Source: a virus
Virus record (IMG/VR): IMGVR_UViG_3300026078_000023
Location: 1 to 64,000 of that record
Reading direction: 5' to 3' (one strand)
DNA: 64,000 nt
In this document: positions 26,216-36,387 of the stretch, one piece after another
How positions within the stretch are numbered: the stretch's first letter is position 1
Layout of the letters: every line of letters begins with the position of its first letter
Program-made: the position numbers and the translations under genes
The notes under the pieces: generated by a model
Told to the model about the DNA's origin: nothing
The model's database searches: none
What the model saw: the letters and a program-made list of their open reading frames with translations, nothing else

Positions 26216-27866
26216 CGGCCGCCACCGAGGACGCGCCGCCCTGCTTCGAGACGCGCCAGGTGAGGGCGGCCGGGAGGATCGCCCGCAGCCGCTCGTTGTG
26301 GGTGGTGACGATGACCTGGCGGTCCTTGGCCATGTCCTGGAGCAGCTCGGCGACGCGCTCCACCCCCTCGTCGTCCAGCGGGTCGAACACCTCGTCGAAC
26401 ACCAGGACGCCGCGGGCGCCGGCGACCCGGGCCAGGCCGAGCAAGATCGCCACGTCGATCCGGGCGCGCTCGCCGTCGGACGCCCCCAGGTACCGGCCGG
26501 CCCCGGCCCCCTCGACCTCGACCGACACCTCGTCGGACTCCTCCCCCGACGCGTTGGTCTTGGTGCCGGTGATCCGGACGCGGATGCCTAGCCCGAGCTT
26601 GGCCAGGACCTGGGCGACCTCCGCGTTGATGGCGCCCATGGCGCGAGAGAACACGCGCAGGCGGGCCCCCCGCGGCCCCAGGGCCTCGCACGCCGCCTCG
26701 ACGACCCGCAGGTCCCGGTTCGCCTTGGCGAGCTCCAGCTGCGTCCTGTCGACGCGCTTCGTGTCGACCTCCACCATGCGCCGGGCCCGCTCCTCCTGCT
26801 CGGCCACGCCCTCGGCCCGGGCGATCTCCTTCTCGATCCCGGAGCGCTCGGACCTGTAGTCGCTGCCCGGGGCCGACCGCTCCTCCTTGAGGACGCGGAG
26901 CACGTCCTCCTGCTCCAGGAGCTCCTCCTTCGCGGACTCCATGATCTCCTCGTCGCGCCGGGCCGCGAACATCACCTTCTCGGCGCGCTCGGCCTGGGCG
27001 ACGTTGGCGGCCTCCACCACCTGCGGCGTCAGCGGGCGCTCGCACGTCGGGCACGGCCCGCCGGCGACGAGTGACCTGCGTCCGTCCCGGGCCTGCTGGC
27101 GGGAGGCCTCCGCCTTGGCCTTGGCCGCCACCCACGACTCGCGGGCCGACCTGACGACGGCCTCCATGCGCTCGATCTTGGCGGCGAGCGCCGCCGCGCT
27201 GTCGGTGGCGGCCTTCTCCCGGACCCCGATCCGCTCCAGCTCCCGCCGGAGCGCGGCGACGTCCACCTGGGGCGCGGCGTTGGCGGCGGCCTGCTGGGAC
27301 CTCTCGAGCGCGGCGCGTGCCTCGCGCACCTGGCCCTCGGCGACCAGCGCCGCCGACCTGCGCAGCGCCAGCGCGCCGCGGGCGAACTTCTCCGACCGCG
27401 TGAACCGCTCCAGGCCGAGCACCGACTCGAGGAGCTTGCCGCGGTCCCGGTTGGCGGCGTTCGAGAACCTGGACAGCAGGGCGCGCGAGAACACGCGGGT
27501 GGACGAGAACAGGCGCCAGTCGCCGACCAGGGCGTCGATCTTGGCCTGGGTCTCGGTGTGCGTCTGGCCGTTGGTGGCGACCCCGTCGACGGCCAGGGCC
27601 AACCCCGCGAGCCGGTTGCCGGACCGGCTGCGCCGGACGGAGACCGATCGCCCGCCGTTCAGCACCGTCATGGATGCGTCCCCGTCCGGCACCGGGTCGG
27701 CGCCGCGCGCGGTCTTCCCCCACAGGACCCAGCACACCACCTCGACCGCCAGCGCCGTCTTCCCCGACCCGTTGGGGCCGACCAGCATCGTCAGGCCCTC
27801 GTCGAAGTCGACCTTCGCGCCCTTGAACGTGAAGAAGTCCGGCAGGTCTGCGCCGACGAAGATCAT
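26208..27866 (-). CDS. SbcC/Rad50 (T4 gp46-like) ATPase
   Basis: GPNGSGKT, coiled coils, CPTC hook, SDGERARI, VFDEVFDPLD, VTTH. Confidence 0.9.
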   Translation of the reverse strand: MIFVGADLPDFFTFKGAKVDFDEGLTMLVGPNGSGKTALAVEVVCWVLWGKTARGADPVPDGDASMTVLNGGRSVSVRRSRSGNRLAGLALAVDGVATNGQTHTETQAKIDALVGDWRLFSSTRVFSRALLSRFSNAANRDRGKLLESVLGLERFTRSEKFARGALALRRSAALVAEGQVREARAALERSQQAAANAAPQVDVAALRRELERIGVREKAATDSAAALAAKIERMEAVVRSARESWVAAKAKAEASRQQARDGRRSLVAGGPCPTCERPLTPQVVEAANVAQAERAEKVMFAARRDEEIMESAKEELLEQEDVLRVLKEERSAPGSDYRSERSGIEKEIARAEGVAEQEERARRMVEVDTKRVDRTQLELAKANRDLRVVEAACEALGPRGARLRVFSRAMGAINAEVAQVLAKLGLGIRVRITGTKTNASGEESDEVSVEVEGAGAGRYLGASDGERARIDVAILLGLARVAGARGVLVFDEVFDPLDDEGVERVAELLQDMAKDRQVIVTTHNERLRAILPAALTWRVSKQGGASSVAAGG

Positions 27867-28225
27867 CGCCGCCCCCCCGGGTAGCAGGCGGCGCAATTGA
27901 ACCCGCGCCCGTGCGGGCACTGCGGAGGACTACCAGGGCCAGCAGCGCGAGCCCGCAGGCGCTTGGCCACCTCGGGGACGATGCGGCGGACCATGGCGTC
28001 GTCGTACGTCCCGTGTCGCGGGAACATATTCTTCGCGTAGTGCTCGGCGACGTGCGCCAGCGCCTCGTCGTCAAGCGCCGGGATGATCGCCTCCCAGTCG
28101 GCCGTCGACCCGCTCAAGGACTGGTACTCGGCGACGGTCACATTGCCGCGGGCGATCAGCGCCTGGAACTCCGGCTTGACCGGCGGCGGCGGGTTCTTCA
28201 TCAGCTTCCTGAAGTCGATCGACAT
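27863..28225 (-). CDS. hypothetical protein
   Basis: 120 aa, coupled on both sides. Confidence 0.6.
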   Translation of the reverse strand: MSIDFRKLMKNPPPPVKPEFQALIARGNVTVAEYQSLSGSTADWEAIIPALDDEALAHVAEHYAKNMFPRHGTYDDAMVRRIVPEVAKRLRARAAGPGSPPQCPHGRGFNCAACYPGGRR

Positions 28226-28226
28226 C

Positions 28227-29369
28227 TCAGGCCCCCTTCTTCCAACAGTCGGCGACGAAGGCGGCGACGGCGCCGCGCTCGACGTCCTCCGGCAGGTTCA
28301 TCTGCTCGACGTAGGCGGCGAGCTCCGCCGCCGGATCGCTGCCGGCCACCGCCGACGCGGCGCCGGCGGCGCCGGCAACCTCCGTGACCTCGGGTCCGAC
28401 GTGGTCGACACCGCCCAGCTTGGAGACCAGGCCGAGCGGGATCTCCACCTCGCGCGAGACGCGGACGAACGTCCGCTCGAGCAGCCGGTCGCTCATCGAC
28501 GACAGATCGGCGACCTGCCGCGGGGTCTCGATGTCCAGGAACCTCGGCCCCGGGACGGTGACGAACGAGACGCCGCCGTTCTGGTAGATCGCCATCAGGC
28601 CGCGGTCCACGGTGCCGGTCTCCGAGAACGAGACCGGGCACAGGGCCCCGACCTGGAAGACCCGCCGGACTCCGTTTTCGACGTCGGTCCACCGGTGGTG
28701 GTCGTGGTAGTTGCCGACGAACGCGGTCTCGATCCCGGCGTCCTCGATGAGCCCCAGGAGGAAGCCGGCCTCGATCGCGTCCTTGGCTCGCTTCTGCCAC
28801 GGGGTGGCCGACAGGAGGTCGTAGACGCCCACGTGCGTGATGAGCAAGCTCGGCTTGCCTTCGCCGTCGAACTCCTTCGGCTCCTTGTGACCGTAGGCGG
28901 ACAGGACTTCGCCGAGGTGCTGGGACATGGGGGCGCGGGATTGGAACGGGACCACCAAGACCGGGTAGCCGCCGATCCGCCACCACCCCTCGTGGTCCGG
29001 GACCTGGGCCACCTGCCACAGCGGCGCGCAGGTCGTGTTGCCACCGGACGCGTCGGCGTCGAGCAGGTCGTGGTTGCCGGGGACGGCCACCACCACCAGG
29101 CCGCGCTCTCGCGCATCGGCGAACACGTGCTGAACGGCGGCCACGACCGCCGGCTCCGGGCGCCGGTTGTCGAACAGGTCTCCGGCCACCACGAAGTGCT
29201 CGCACCCGCGGAGGTCGGCGATGGTGACGGCCTCCCGGAGCGCCTCGATCGTGAACCGGCCGCGCGCGTTGAGGCCGTCCTCCTCGCGCCCGCCGAACCT
29301 CGCGTGGTTGGCCACGTGGACGTCCGCCACCACGGCGAACCCTGACCGCTGCTTCTTCTTGGCCGCCAT
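28227..29369 (-). CDS. SbcD/Mre11 (T4 gp47-like) metallophosphoesterase nuclease
   Basis: ADVH, AGDLFD, PGNHD, ITH, GNYH. Confidence 0.9.
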   Translation of the reverse strand: MAAKKKQRSGFAVVADVHVANHARFGGREEDGLNARGRFTIEALREAVTIADLRGCEHFVVAGDLFDNRRPEPAVVAAVQHVFADARERGLVVVAVPGNHDLLDADASGGNTTCAPLWQVAQVPDHEGWWRIGGYPVLVVPFQSRAPMSQHLGEVLSAYGHKEPKEFDGEGKPSLLITHVGVYDLLSATPWQKRAKDAIEAGFLLGLIEDAGIETAFVGNYHDHHRWTDVENGVRRVFQVGALCPVSFSETGTVDRGLMAIYQNGGVSFVTVPGPRFLDIETPRQVADLSSMSDRLLERTFVRVSREVEIPLGLVSKLGGVDHVGPEVTEVAGAAGAASAVAGSDPAAELAAYVEQMNLPEDVERGAVAAFVADCWKKGA

Positions 29370-29371
29370 GG

Positions 29372-30400
29372 TCACTCCTTCTCCGGTTCTTCACCGAGGT
29401 CCACCTGGACGTCGGGGGCGTCCGGGTTCACCTCCCACCCGAGCGCTACCCGGGCCTCCTTGAGGGACCGGCACCCCTTGTCGACGCACCCGACCTCGCG
29501 GGCGAACCGCATGGTCGACCGCTGGTCGTCCCACCCGCGCTCGAAGTCGAGCAGGGCGTGCGCGCTGTTGTTGCCCGAGATGAGGTGGTTCTTGTTCGCG
29601 CGGAATTTGACCCACTTGCCGACGGTGGCCTTGCCGCTCTTGAAGGGGCCGCCGTGCGTGAGGCCGATCCGCAGGGACGCGTACTGCTTGATGGCGCGCC
29701 CGCCGGCCGTCTCCTCGGTGGGCCCGTACATGACCCCGATCTTCGACCGGAGCTGGTTGACCAGGATGACGATCGCCAGGCGCTCGGACACTAGCTTGTT
29801 CACCCGGCGCAGGCCGCGCGACCAGCTGGACGCCATCGCCCCGGGGATCTCCGAGTCGCGCAGGTCCTCGTCGAGGGCCTTCTTCGGGGTCGTGCTCGGG
29901 ACCGAGTCGAGGATGAACACCAGCTTGTTGCGCGCGCCGAACTTGGTCAGCGTCAGCGCCACCGAGGAGAGCCACTCCTCGACCGTGTTGCTGGGCAGCA
30001 GGAGGACGTCGTCCCGCTTCACCTGGAACACATCGACCCAGTTCGGTTGGACCTTCCGTTCGCTGTCTCCGAGCGACGCCGTGGCGCCGTCGCGCTGGGC
30101 GGCGGCGATCAGGCCGTTGACGAACGACGACTTACCGGCGTCCTCGAGCCCGGAGATCTCGACGACGCGCCCGTAGGGCAGGCCGCCGATCCCGAAGACG
30201 TGGCGGTCGAGCACCTCGATCCCGGTGGGCAGGACCTCCTTGACCGCCGAGTAGCCGCCCGTGCCGAGCGTGTCGGCGGCGTGCTCGTCCTTGAAGTGCG
30301 CCCGCACCGTGTCGCGCATCTTCTCGGTGAGGGTGCGGTTGTCCTGCTTCTTCTGGCGCGGCTTCGCCGGCGCCCGCTTCCGCTTCGTGTTCTTGGGCAT
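29372..30400 (-). CDS. recA: RecA/UvsX-like recombinase
   Basis: PTGIEVLD, GGLPYGRVVEISGLEDAGKS, ILDSV, VNQLRSKIGVMYG..EETAGGRAIK.YASLRI. Confidence 0.9.
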   Translation of the reverse strand: MPKNTKRKRAPAKPRQKKQDNRTLTEKMRDTVRAHFKDEHAADTLGTGGYSAVKEVLPTGIEVLDRHVFGIGGLPYGRVVEISGLEDAGKSSFVNGLIAAAQRDGATASLGDSERKVQPNWVDVFQVKRDDVLLLPSNTVEEWLSSVALTLTKFGARNKLVFILDSVPSTTPKKALDEDLRDSEIPGAMASSWSRGLRRVNKLVSERLAIVILVNQLRSKIGVMYGPTEETAGGRAIKQYASLRIGLTHGGPFKSGKATVGKWVKFRANKNHLISGNNSAHALLDFERGWDDQRSTMRFAREVGCVDKGCRSLKEARVALGWEVNPDAPDVQVDLGEEPEKE

Positions 30401-30429
30401 CAGGAGTTTCCTAAAAATTTCCCGACCAG

Positions 30430-30531
30430 GCGCGCGCCACCCCCTGGGGCGAACCGCGGAGATCGCCCGGACCATGGCTTGGGAGGCAGGGATTGGGGCG
30501 ACCCCCGGGACGACCCGGCGGTGGCGCGCGC
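30430..30531 (-). ncRNA. candidate structured intergenic RNA element
   Basis: Perfect 12-bp closing stem (30430-30441 / 30520-30531) enclosing several further hairpins. Confidence 0.45.
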
Positions 30532-30549
30532 GCTGAGCGGAAAGCTAGG

Positions 30550-31659
30550 TCAGACCCGGCGCCCCGCGGCGCGGTGGTCGCGCCGGTAGCCCCACACCCC
30601 GTCCACCTCGATCCAGTCCTCCTCTTTGCCGCCGGAGGCGGGCGGGAGCTGGCGGTTGGCAGGCGCGGCGGCGTACGGGTCGTTCGGACCGTCGACGGCC
30701 GGGCGCTCGCCGGAGCCCTCGACGATGCCGCGCATGGCGGTGTCGTCGGGCATGTCACGGAATTTGGTCAGGTCGTGCATCTGCTTCAGCCAGCCCATGT
30801 TGGCGAGCTTGGTCCGGGCGCGACCGGGGGAGACCTCGTAGGTGGTCTTGTCGACCATCTTGTCCCCGATCTTGACCTTGTTCTTCTGGTCGACGGTGCG
30901 GTCGATCACCAGGTTGAAGCCGGTCTCCGGGTGGGAGAAGTCGCCGCCGAGCTGCTCGTCGGTCTCCGGCTGGGCGAATATCCGGTTGATCTTCTCGAAC
31001 AGGGTCATCGTCACCTGGAGCCCGCGCGGGCCGCGCTCCATCTCCTCGGGCTTGTCCAGACGAACCGCGTTCATGAAGATCTCCTCCTTGGAGGAGAGGT
31101 CCTTGGCGATGAACTCCGCCGATTTCAGCGCCGCGGACGCGCGGGCGATCTTGAACAGGACCGACACGAGCTTGCACGTGAAGCAAGGCTCGTCGTTCAT
31201 CTTCGACAGGCACACCGTCGCCTTGAACCCCTTGCCGAGGCTCGAGGCCTCGATGTCCATCACGCCGAGCTCGTCGGAGATCTGCTTCTTGGCGTCCTCA
31301 GGCAGGGCGGCGAGGATCCGGGTGGCGTCGTTCAGGCGCTCGTTGTTCACGCTGTGCGTCCACACGCGGTACCACAGGCGCCGGGTGCCCCGGATGGGGG
31401 GCAGCACGCGCCAGGTGGACTTGCCCTCCGGCGGCTTGACGACGGCGCCGGCGCGGCGCCGCTCCTCGGCGTCCTCCTCGTACTGGCCGTAGTCCTCGCG
31501 GACCCAATCCGGGTCGGCAGGTTCCCAGTCGGTCTCGCCAGTCGTCTCGACCGCGCCCTGGGCCTCCTGCTGGGCCCGGGCGACGTCCTTCGTCTCCCCG
31601 GCCCCCGCCGCCGCCGTCCCCTGCTCGGTCTCCGCTGCCTTCGTTCCCTTGCGTGCCAT
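30550..31659 (-). CDS. T4 gp32-like single-stranded DNA-binding protein
   Basis: WRVLPP, H...CLSK...PCFTC, FSHPETGFNLVIDRT, TYEV; next to UvsX- and UvsY-like genes. Confidence 0.75.
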   Translation of the reverse strand: MARKGTKAAETEQGTAAAGAGETKDVARAQQEAQGAVETTGETDWEPADPDWVREDYGQYEEDAEERRRAGAVVKPPEGKSTWRVLPPIRGTRRLWYRVWTHSVNNERLNDATRILAALPEDAKKQISDELGVMDIEASSLGKGFKATVCLSKMNDEPCFTCKLVSVLFKIARASAALKSAEFIAKDLSSKEEIFMNAVRLDKPEEMERGPRGLQVTMTLFEKINRIFAQPETDEQLGGDFSHPETGFNLVIDRTVDQKNKVKIGDKMVDKTTYEVSPGRARTKLANMGWLKQMHDLTKFRDMPDDTAMRGIVEGSGERPAVDGPNDPYAAAPANRQLPPASGGKEEDWIEVDGVWGYRRDHRAAGRRV

Positions 31660-31710
31660 GTGCTTGTCTCCGTTCGCGTGGTTGGTGAGGTGGTGTCTTC
31701 GTGTCGTTCG

Positions 31711-31722
31711 TGTGTTGGCCGG
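31711..31722 (-). promoter_or_regulatory. CCGGCCAACA motif upstream of ssb
   Basis: CCGGCCAACACA followed by an A/C-rich leader and GGAG RBS. Confidence 0.7.
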
Positions 31723-31727
31723 AGGTT

Positions 31728-32207
31728 CTACCTCGGCCGCCGGTCTCGGATCGACGGGTCGTTCTCGGCCTGCACCCGGAGGTCGGCCCCCAGGGAGACC
31801 AGCATCTCGCGCTTGGCGTTCACGGCGTCGACCATGTCCTGGGCCCGGGACTTGTTCGCCGCCACCTCCGCCACCTTCCGGCGAGCCCCCTGGTACTCCT
31901 CGTCGAGCACCAAGGCGTCGGCCGCCTGGTCCTCGGTCAGCGGCTTGATCTTCGTCCCGGCGCCGGCCGTTTCGATCTCCTCGAGCCGGGCCTTGCGGAC
32001 GGCGGTCTTCACCCGCGCCTCCACCACCTCGAGGTCGAGCTCGGCGACCCGGAGCGCGAAGGCCGCCTCCGTGCGCTCGCTCAGCCAGCGGTGCAGCGTG
32101 GACGGGAGCTGGACGTACTCCTCCTGGATGGCCCCCGGCCGGATGGAGACGGCCCGCCGGATCTCCGCGGCGGTCTCTTGCCCCTGGGGCTTGACTGGCG
32201 CCGCCAT
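31728..32207 (-). CDS. UvsY-like recombination mediator
   Basis: Helical 159 aa; KPLTEDQ..DAL..DEEY...KREMLVSLGADLR; adjacent to ssb. Confidence 0.6.
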   Translation of the reverse strand: MAAPVKPQGQETAAEIRRAVSIRPGAIQEEYVQLPSTLHRWLSERTEAAFALRVAELDLEVVEARVKTAVRKARLEEIETAGAGTKIKPLTEDQAADALVLDEEYQGARRKVAEVAANKSRAQDMVDAVNAKREMLVSLGADLRVQAENDPSIRDRRPR

Positions 32208-32758
32208 CAGCGCGCCAGCGCCTGCTTGAGGGCCTCGGTGAGTTTGCCGGCCAAGACGGCGTCGACCTGCGCCTTGACCGAGGTGCGCGCCTCGTCGACG
32301 ACCTTGGTCATTTCCCTGGAGAACACCTCCTGCACGGCGGTGTGGATCATGCTCTGGAGCAGCGTCTTGTTGCTGCTCCGGTCGCCGCTCGGTGAGTTGA
32401 GGGACGTCACCACCAGCTCGGCGATGGTCCTGCGCTTCAGCTCCTTGCCCGAGTACACCTCGTGCTCGGGGATGCCCTCGGCGATCACGCGCGCCACCTC
32501 GGCGCCGACCAGGTCGCGCACGACCTCCGGGGTGATGGTGTTGACCGCCTCCTGAGCGCGCCGCTGGATCTCCTTCTGCGCCTGCTCCTTCCAGCCGCGC
32601 GCCACGATGATGCTCTCGAGCGCGCCGGTCATGACGTGCTCGAGCGCCGACACTGGGATCCCGCCGATCATCACGGTCGTCGCCTGCGACGCCGCCTGGT
32701 TCGCGCGCGCCTCCTCGTACTCCCGCTCGTCTGGTTCTTCCGATCCGAATTCGCTCAT
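32207..32758 (-). CDS. hypothetical protein
   Basis: 183 aa; GAGGAG RBS. Confidence 0.65.
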   Translation of the reverse strand: MSEFGSEEPDEREYEEARANQAASQATTVMIGGIPVSALEHVMTGALESIIVARGWKEQAQKEIQRRAQEAVNTITPEVVRDLVGAEVARVIAEGIPEHEVYSGKELKRRTIAELVVTSLNSPSGDRSSNKTLLQSMIHTAVQEVFSREMTKVVDEARTSVKAQVDAVLAGKLTEALKQALAR

Positions 32759-32789
32759 CTCGATCTCCTCTCGCGTTCGTCGTCTTCGT

Positions 32790-33365
32790 TCAGAGCAGGT
32801 CCTCGCAGGTGGCCTCGACGCGCTCGCGGAGCACGTCGGGCGGGACCACCTCGAGCACCGGGACGGCTCCGGCTGCCTGGAGCTGGGCGCAGGCGCGGTA
32901 GGCCTCCTCGGCCGTCTCGCACCCCTGCCGGCGGAGGGCCAGGACGAGCTGGCGCATGGTCTTCACCTTCGCGAGCGCCCCGACGTCCAGCCCCGATCCA
33001 CCAGCAGGAGCGGCACCTCCGGCGGGTCCCGGCGGAACAGCGGCGACAGGTCCACCTGCCCGCCGTGGGACAGGGCCAGGAGCATCCGGTCCTGAACCGG
33101 CAGTACCACCAGTGGCGGCAGGGACGGGACCACCATCGGTGGCCGCGCCCGCTCCGCCTCGAACCACCTCCGGAGTTTCCGCCGGCCGAGCCGGTTGAGA
33201 CGCCCCCGGTGCACCAGGAGCACCTGCTTTCGCCGCCGAGCCCTTCGCTTCGATGCCATGCGCTTCCCCCTCCTTCGCCGGACCCAGTGCGTTGCGGAAC
33301 GCGAGGAGCGTGTCCAGGAACACCTGCTCCGACGAGTCACCTTCGATCTCGATCTTGATCCTCAT
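32790..33365 (-). CDS. hypothetical protein with a low-complexity linker
   Basis: MRIKIEIEGD start, leaderless. Confidence 0.6.
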   Translation of the reverse strand: MRIKIEIEGDSSEQVFLDTLLAFRNALGPAKEGEAHGIEAKGSAAKAGAPGAPGASQPARPAETPEVVRGGAGAATDGGPVPAATGGTAGSGPDAPGPVPRRAGGPVAAVPPGPAGGAAPAGGSGLDVGALAKVKTMRQLVLALRRQGCETAEEAYRACAQLQAAGAVPVLEVVPPDVLRERVEATCEDLL

Positions 33366-33658
33366 GCCCGACGTGTTGGCCGGGGCAGGACGGTCCCGCA
33401 CTCGCGGCACACGTGGACCACGTCTCCGAGGCCGATCCCGATGGTCGAGCAGACCACATCGAGGACGCTCATCCGGACGCGCAGCCGCCTCCCTCGCTCC
33501 AACCTGGACACGAACATGACGCTCCTGCCGAGTGCGGCGGCGACGTCTTCCTGCCTGACGCCGATTCGCTCGCGGGCCAATCTCAGCGCCGCGCCGATCC
33601 CGGGCGTCGCCGACACCCAGACCTCCTTCTTCGCCCGCGGCCTGCGGAGGTCAGGCAT
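33362..33658 (-). CDS. XRE-family HTH regulator
   Basis: IGAALRLARERIGVRQEDVAAALGRSVMFVSRLERG. Confidence 0.8.
   Translation of the reverse strand: MPDLRRPRAKKEVWVSATPGIGAALRLARERIGVRQEDVAAALGRSVMFVSRLERGRRLRVRMSVLDVVCSTIGIGLGDVVHVCRECGTVLPRPTRRA
33366..33383 (-). promoter_or_regulatory. CCGGCCAACA motif (leaderless)
   Basis: CCGGCCAACA-CGTCGGGC-ATG(33365); identical to the 19774 copy over 22 nt. Confidence 0.7.
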
Positions 33659-35040
33659 CACGGACCCGGGTCGTCTGGGGCGTCATAAAAGGCGGTGTAG
33701 CGCCCGTCCCACTGGACCGGGACCTGGCCCTCCACGTCGTCGCGGAACTTCGCGACGATGAGGGTCGCGTCCACCGGACCGCCGTTCCCCCGGTCGGCCT
33801 GGTCGCGCCACGGGAACATGACCACGTCGGCGTCCTGCTCGAGGGCGCCCGACTCGCGGAGGTCTGAGATGCGCGGGGGGCGCGGCTTCTTGTCCTTGGT
33901 CGCTTCGCGCGACAGGTGGACGATGAGGACGATCGTGATGCCGGTCGACTCGGCCAGCTTCTTGAGCGTCCTGGACATCATGTCGACGTCGGCCTTGCGG
34001 TCGCGCCCCGGATCCTCGGGGACCGTGAGGGACATCGAGTCGATCGCGACGACCTTCTTCGGCACCTCCCCCTCGCCGCGCGCAGCCGCGGCGCTGTTCA
34101 CCGCGTAGGCCCACCGCCTGATCTCGGCGATCATGAGCTCGAACGTCAGGTCGTTCCGGTCGTCGATGGTGAGCGGAGCGGGGTCGAGCCTCTTGCCGGC
34201 CTCGTTGATCTGCCACCACTCGTCCTTGTTGAGCCGCGCGTGCTTGATCTTGCGCGCCTCCACCTTCGCGATGAACGAGATCATCTTCTCGACGATGCGC
34301 TGCTCGCCCATCTCCTGGCTGAAGAACAGCGAGTGGGCGGCGTCCGAGAGCGCGACCCGGACGAGCGTCGTGAGCACGTAGCTCGTCTTCGCGGCGCCGG
34401 GGCGACCGGCGACGATCACGTAGCCGCCGACCGGCCACCCGCCGAACTTGTCGTCGAAGGCGCGGATGCCGGTCGGGATCGCCACCGCGTGCTTCTTGCC
34501 CTCGCGCGCCTCCACCCGCTCGAGCACGCGCCCGACCACCTTGCCGACGCGCCGGGGTCCGTTCTCGCGCGCGTACGATCCGATCTGCTCGAGGTGACGC
34601 AGGTACTCGCCGGCCAGCTCCTCGGCGCTGGCGGCGGCGCCGTACGCGCGCCCGACCATCTCGCTTCCGTACGCGATCAGCTTCCGGAGCTCGGATTTCT
34701 CGCGCACGATGCGCGCGTAGTGCATCACAGCCTCCGACGTCGGGACGATGTTCGAGAGCTTGAGCAGGTACATCTCCCCGTCGGGGAGCCCTGACATCCG
34801 GTGCTTGTCGCGCAGGCGAGACGCGATCGTGATGACGTCGACCGAACTGCCGGACGCCTCCACCTCCTCGATCGCCTCCCAGATCTCCCGGTGCATCGGG
34901 AGCAGGAAGTCCTCCGTGCCGACCACCGCGCGCACGGCTGCCAGCCGCCCGGGCGCCTGTAGGATCGCGCCCAGCACCGCCATCTCGGCGTTCGGGTCAC
35001 CGGGCGTCTTCCGCGTCCGGCCGTCAGTGGGCAGCGCCAT
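33658..35040 (-). CDS. dnaB: replicative DNA helicase
   Basis: AEMAVLGAIL, AGRPGAAKT, FSQEM, HLSR, PRISDLRESGALEQDAD, IVAKFR. Confidence 0.95.
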   Translation of the reverse strand: MALPTDGRTRKTPGDPNAEMAVLGAILQAPGRLAAVRAVVGTEDFLLPMHREIWEAIEEVEASGSSVDVITIASRLRDKHRMSGLPDGEMYLLKLSNIVPTSEAVMHYARIVREKSELRKLIAYGSEMVGRAYGAAASAEELAGEYLRHLEQIGSYARENGPRRVGKVVGRVLERVEAREGKKHAVAIPTGIRAFDDKFGGWPVGGYVIVAGRPGAAKTSYVLTTLVRVALSDAAHSLFFSQEMGEQRIVEKMISFIAKVEARKIKHARLNKDEWWQINEAGKRLDPAPLTIDDRNDLTFELMIAEIRRWAYAVNSAAAARGEGEVPKKVVAIDSMSLTVPEDPGRDRKADVDMMSRTLKKLAESTGITIVLIVHLSREATKDKKPRPPRISDLRESGALEQDADVVMFPWRDQADRGNGGPVDATLIVAKFRDDVEGQVPVQWDGRYTAFYDAPDDPGP

Positions 35041-35520
35041 CTACCGCACCAGGCGCTGATCGCACGCGATGGCGTCGAGGACGATCCGCGGGCGCGGAAG
35101 GATGCAGACCACCCCGGGCGGCAGTCCGTTCGTCACCTGGATGAGGACGCCCTCGCCGCCGTTCACCTTGGCGCGCGGGTTCCGGCACGCGAGGCCGGCG
35201 CGGTGCTCGCACGGGCCGCAGAGCCGCGGGAAGGAGCCGGGGACCCCGGTCTCCCGCGCGTAGAGGCGCGGGTGCGCCGTCACCGCCCGGGAGCACCGCT
35301 CGTGGTCGCGCGCCACGAACACTAACGCCGCGTCGCCGGCGATCGGCCAATCACGCTCGTCGTGCTCGCGGAAGACCACCAGGTCCTCCGGGCTTCCGGG
35401 CGGGAGACCGCACAGGTTGCAGGCGGAGAGCGGGTCGCTCGGCCTTCGCGGGTGCCGGCTGAGCGGGACCGACTGCTGGATCGCCTTCGGGTCGTACTTC
35501 GGCTGGGGAGCTCGTCGCAT
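35041..35520 (-). CDS. Cys-rich hypothetical protein
   Basis: CNLCG...CGPC..C; abuts the dnaB start. Confidence 0.5.
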   Translation of the reverse strand: MRRAPQPKYDPKAIQQSVPLSRHPRRPSDPLSACNLCGLPPGSPEDLVVFREHDERDWPIAGDAALVFVARDHERCSRAVTAHPRLYARETGVPGSFPRLCGPCEHRAGLACRNPRAKVNGGEGVLIQVTNGLPPGVVCILPRPRIVLDAIACDQRLVR

Positions 35521-35721
35521 GCTTGAACCTCGCCTCGATGTTGGCCTGACGCTCCGGGTGCGCCGTGAACCGCATGCAGGGTTGCTCGACGGCTGGCTGG
35601 TTCTTGGCCAATTTGACCTGCCACCCGCGGCGCCGGAACCGGGTGACGCACGCCGCGCACATGATCTCGTGGCTGTCCCACTCGCGCTTGATCTCGTAGA
35701 CCAGCCCGCGCGCCAGCGCGC

Positions 35722-36387
35722 TCACGAGACGCGCCGCCCGCGCAGGCTCTCGCCTTCGAATTGGATGAAGGCGCCGAGGGAGCGGACGCGCTCGGCCACC
35801 CGCTCGAAGCGGTACCGCGCCCGCACGTCGTCGACGAGGAGGTTCGTCGTCACGATCGTCAGGCGATGGTCCTCTGCGCGGCTGACGGTGACCTCCTCGA
35901 ACAGCGTCCAGAACGACCCGCGCTCGTCGTTGAACTCGCTGCCCAGGTCGTCGACCACCAGCACCTGCGGCGAGAGCAGCCGGTCCACCTCGTCGGCGTC
36001 GTAGCGGTTCCAGCGCGCCAGCTGCATCGAGCGCACGAACAGCGCGCTCGAGACCCCCGGCCGCGTCGCCGCCCAGCACGCCGCCACCGACTTCCCGGTC
36101 CCGACCCTCCCGGCCAAGAACACCAGGCTCTCGTGCGGGGCGAGCGAGCGCACCGCCGCCATCGGTTCCGTCAGGGTCGTCCCGGACTCCGCGAGCAGGA
36201 CGTCCGCGATCACCCGCGGGACCCCGACCTCGTCCCGCATCCACCGCGCCTCCGCCGCGCGCCGCTCGGCTGCCTCCTCCCGCTCGGCCGCCGCCGCCGC
36301 CGCGATACCCTCGTCCGTCTTCGACCACGCCTCGAGGCGCGGCAGGTAGTCGCCGAACGTCTCGCCCTTCGCGCGCACCGGCTTCAC
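35722..36387 (-). CDS. DnaC/IstB-like helicase loader
   Basis: GRVGTGKS, LVVDDLGSE, TIVTTNL, ERVAER; GTG at 36387. Confidence 0.85.
   Translation of the reverse strand: MKPVRAKGETFGDYLPRLEAWSKTDEGIAAAAAAEREEAAERRAAEARWMRDEVGVPRVIADVLLAESGTTLTEPMAAVRSLAPHESLVFLAGRVGTGKSVAACWAATRPGVSSALFVRSMQLARWNRYDADEVDRLLSPQVLVVDDLGSEFNDERGSFWTLFEEVTVSRAEDHRLTIVTTNLLVDDVRARYRFERVAERVRSLGAFIQFEGESLRGRRVS

Noticed and set aside
30401-30549. tRNA in the ssb-recA gap or other gaps
   Set aside because: No T-loop GTTCRA in a cloverleaf context and no CCA end
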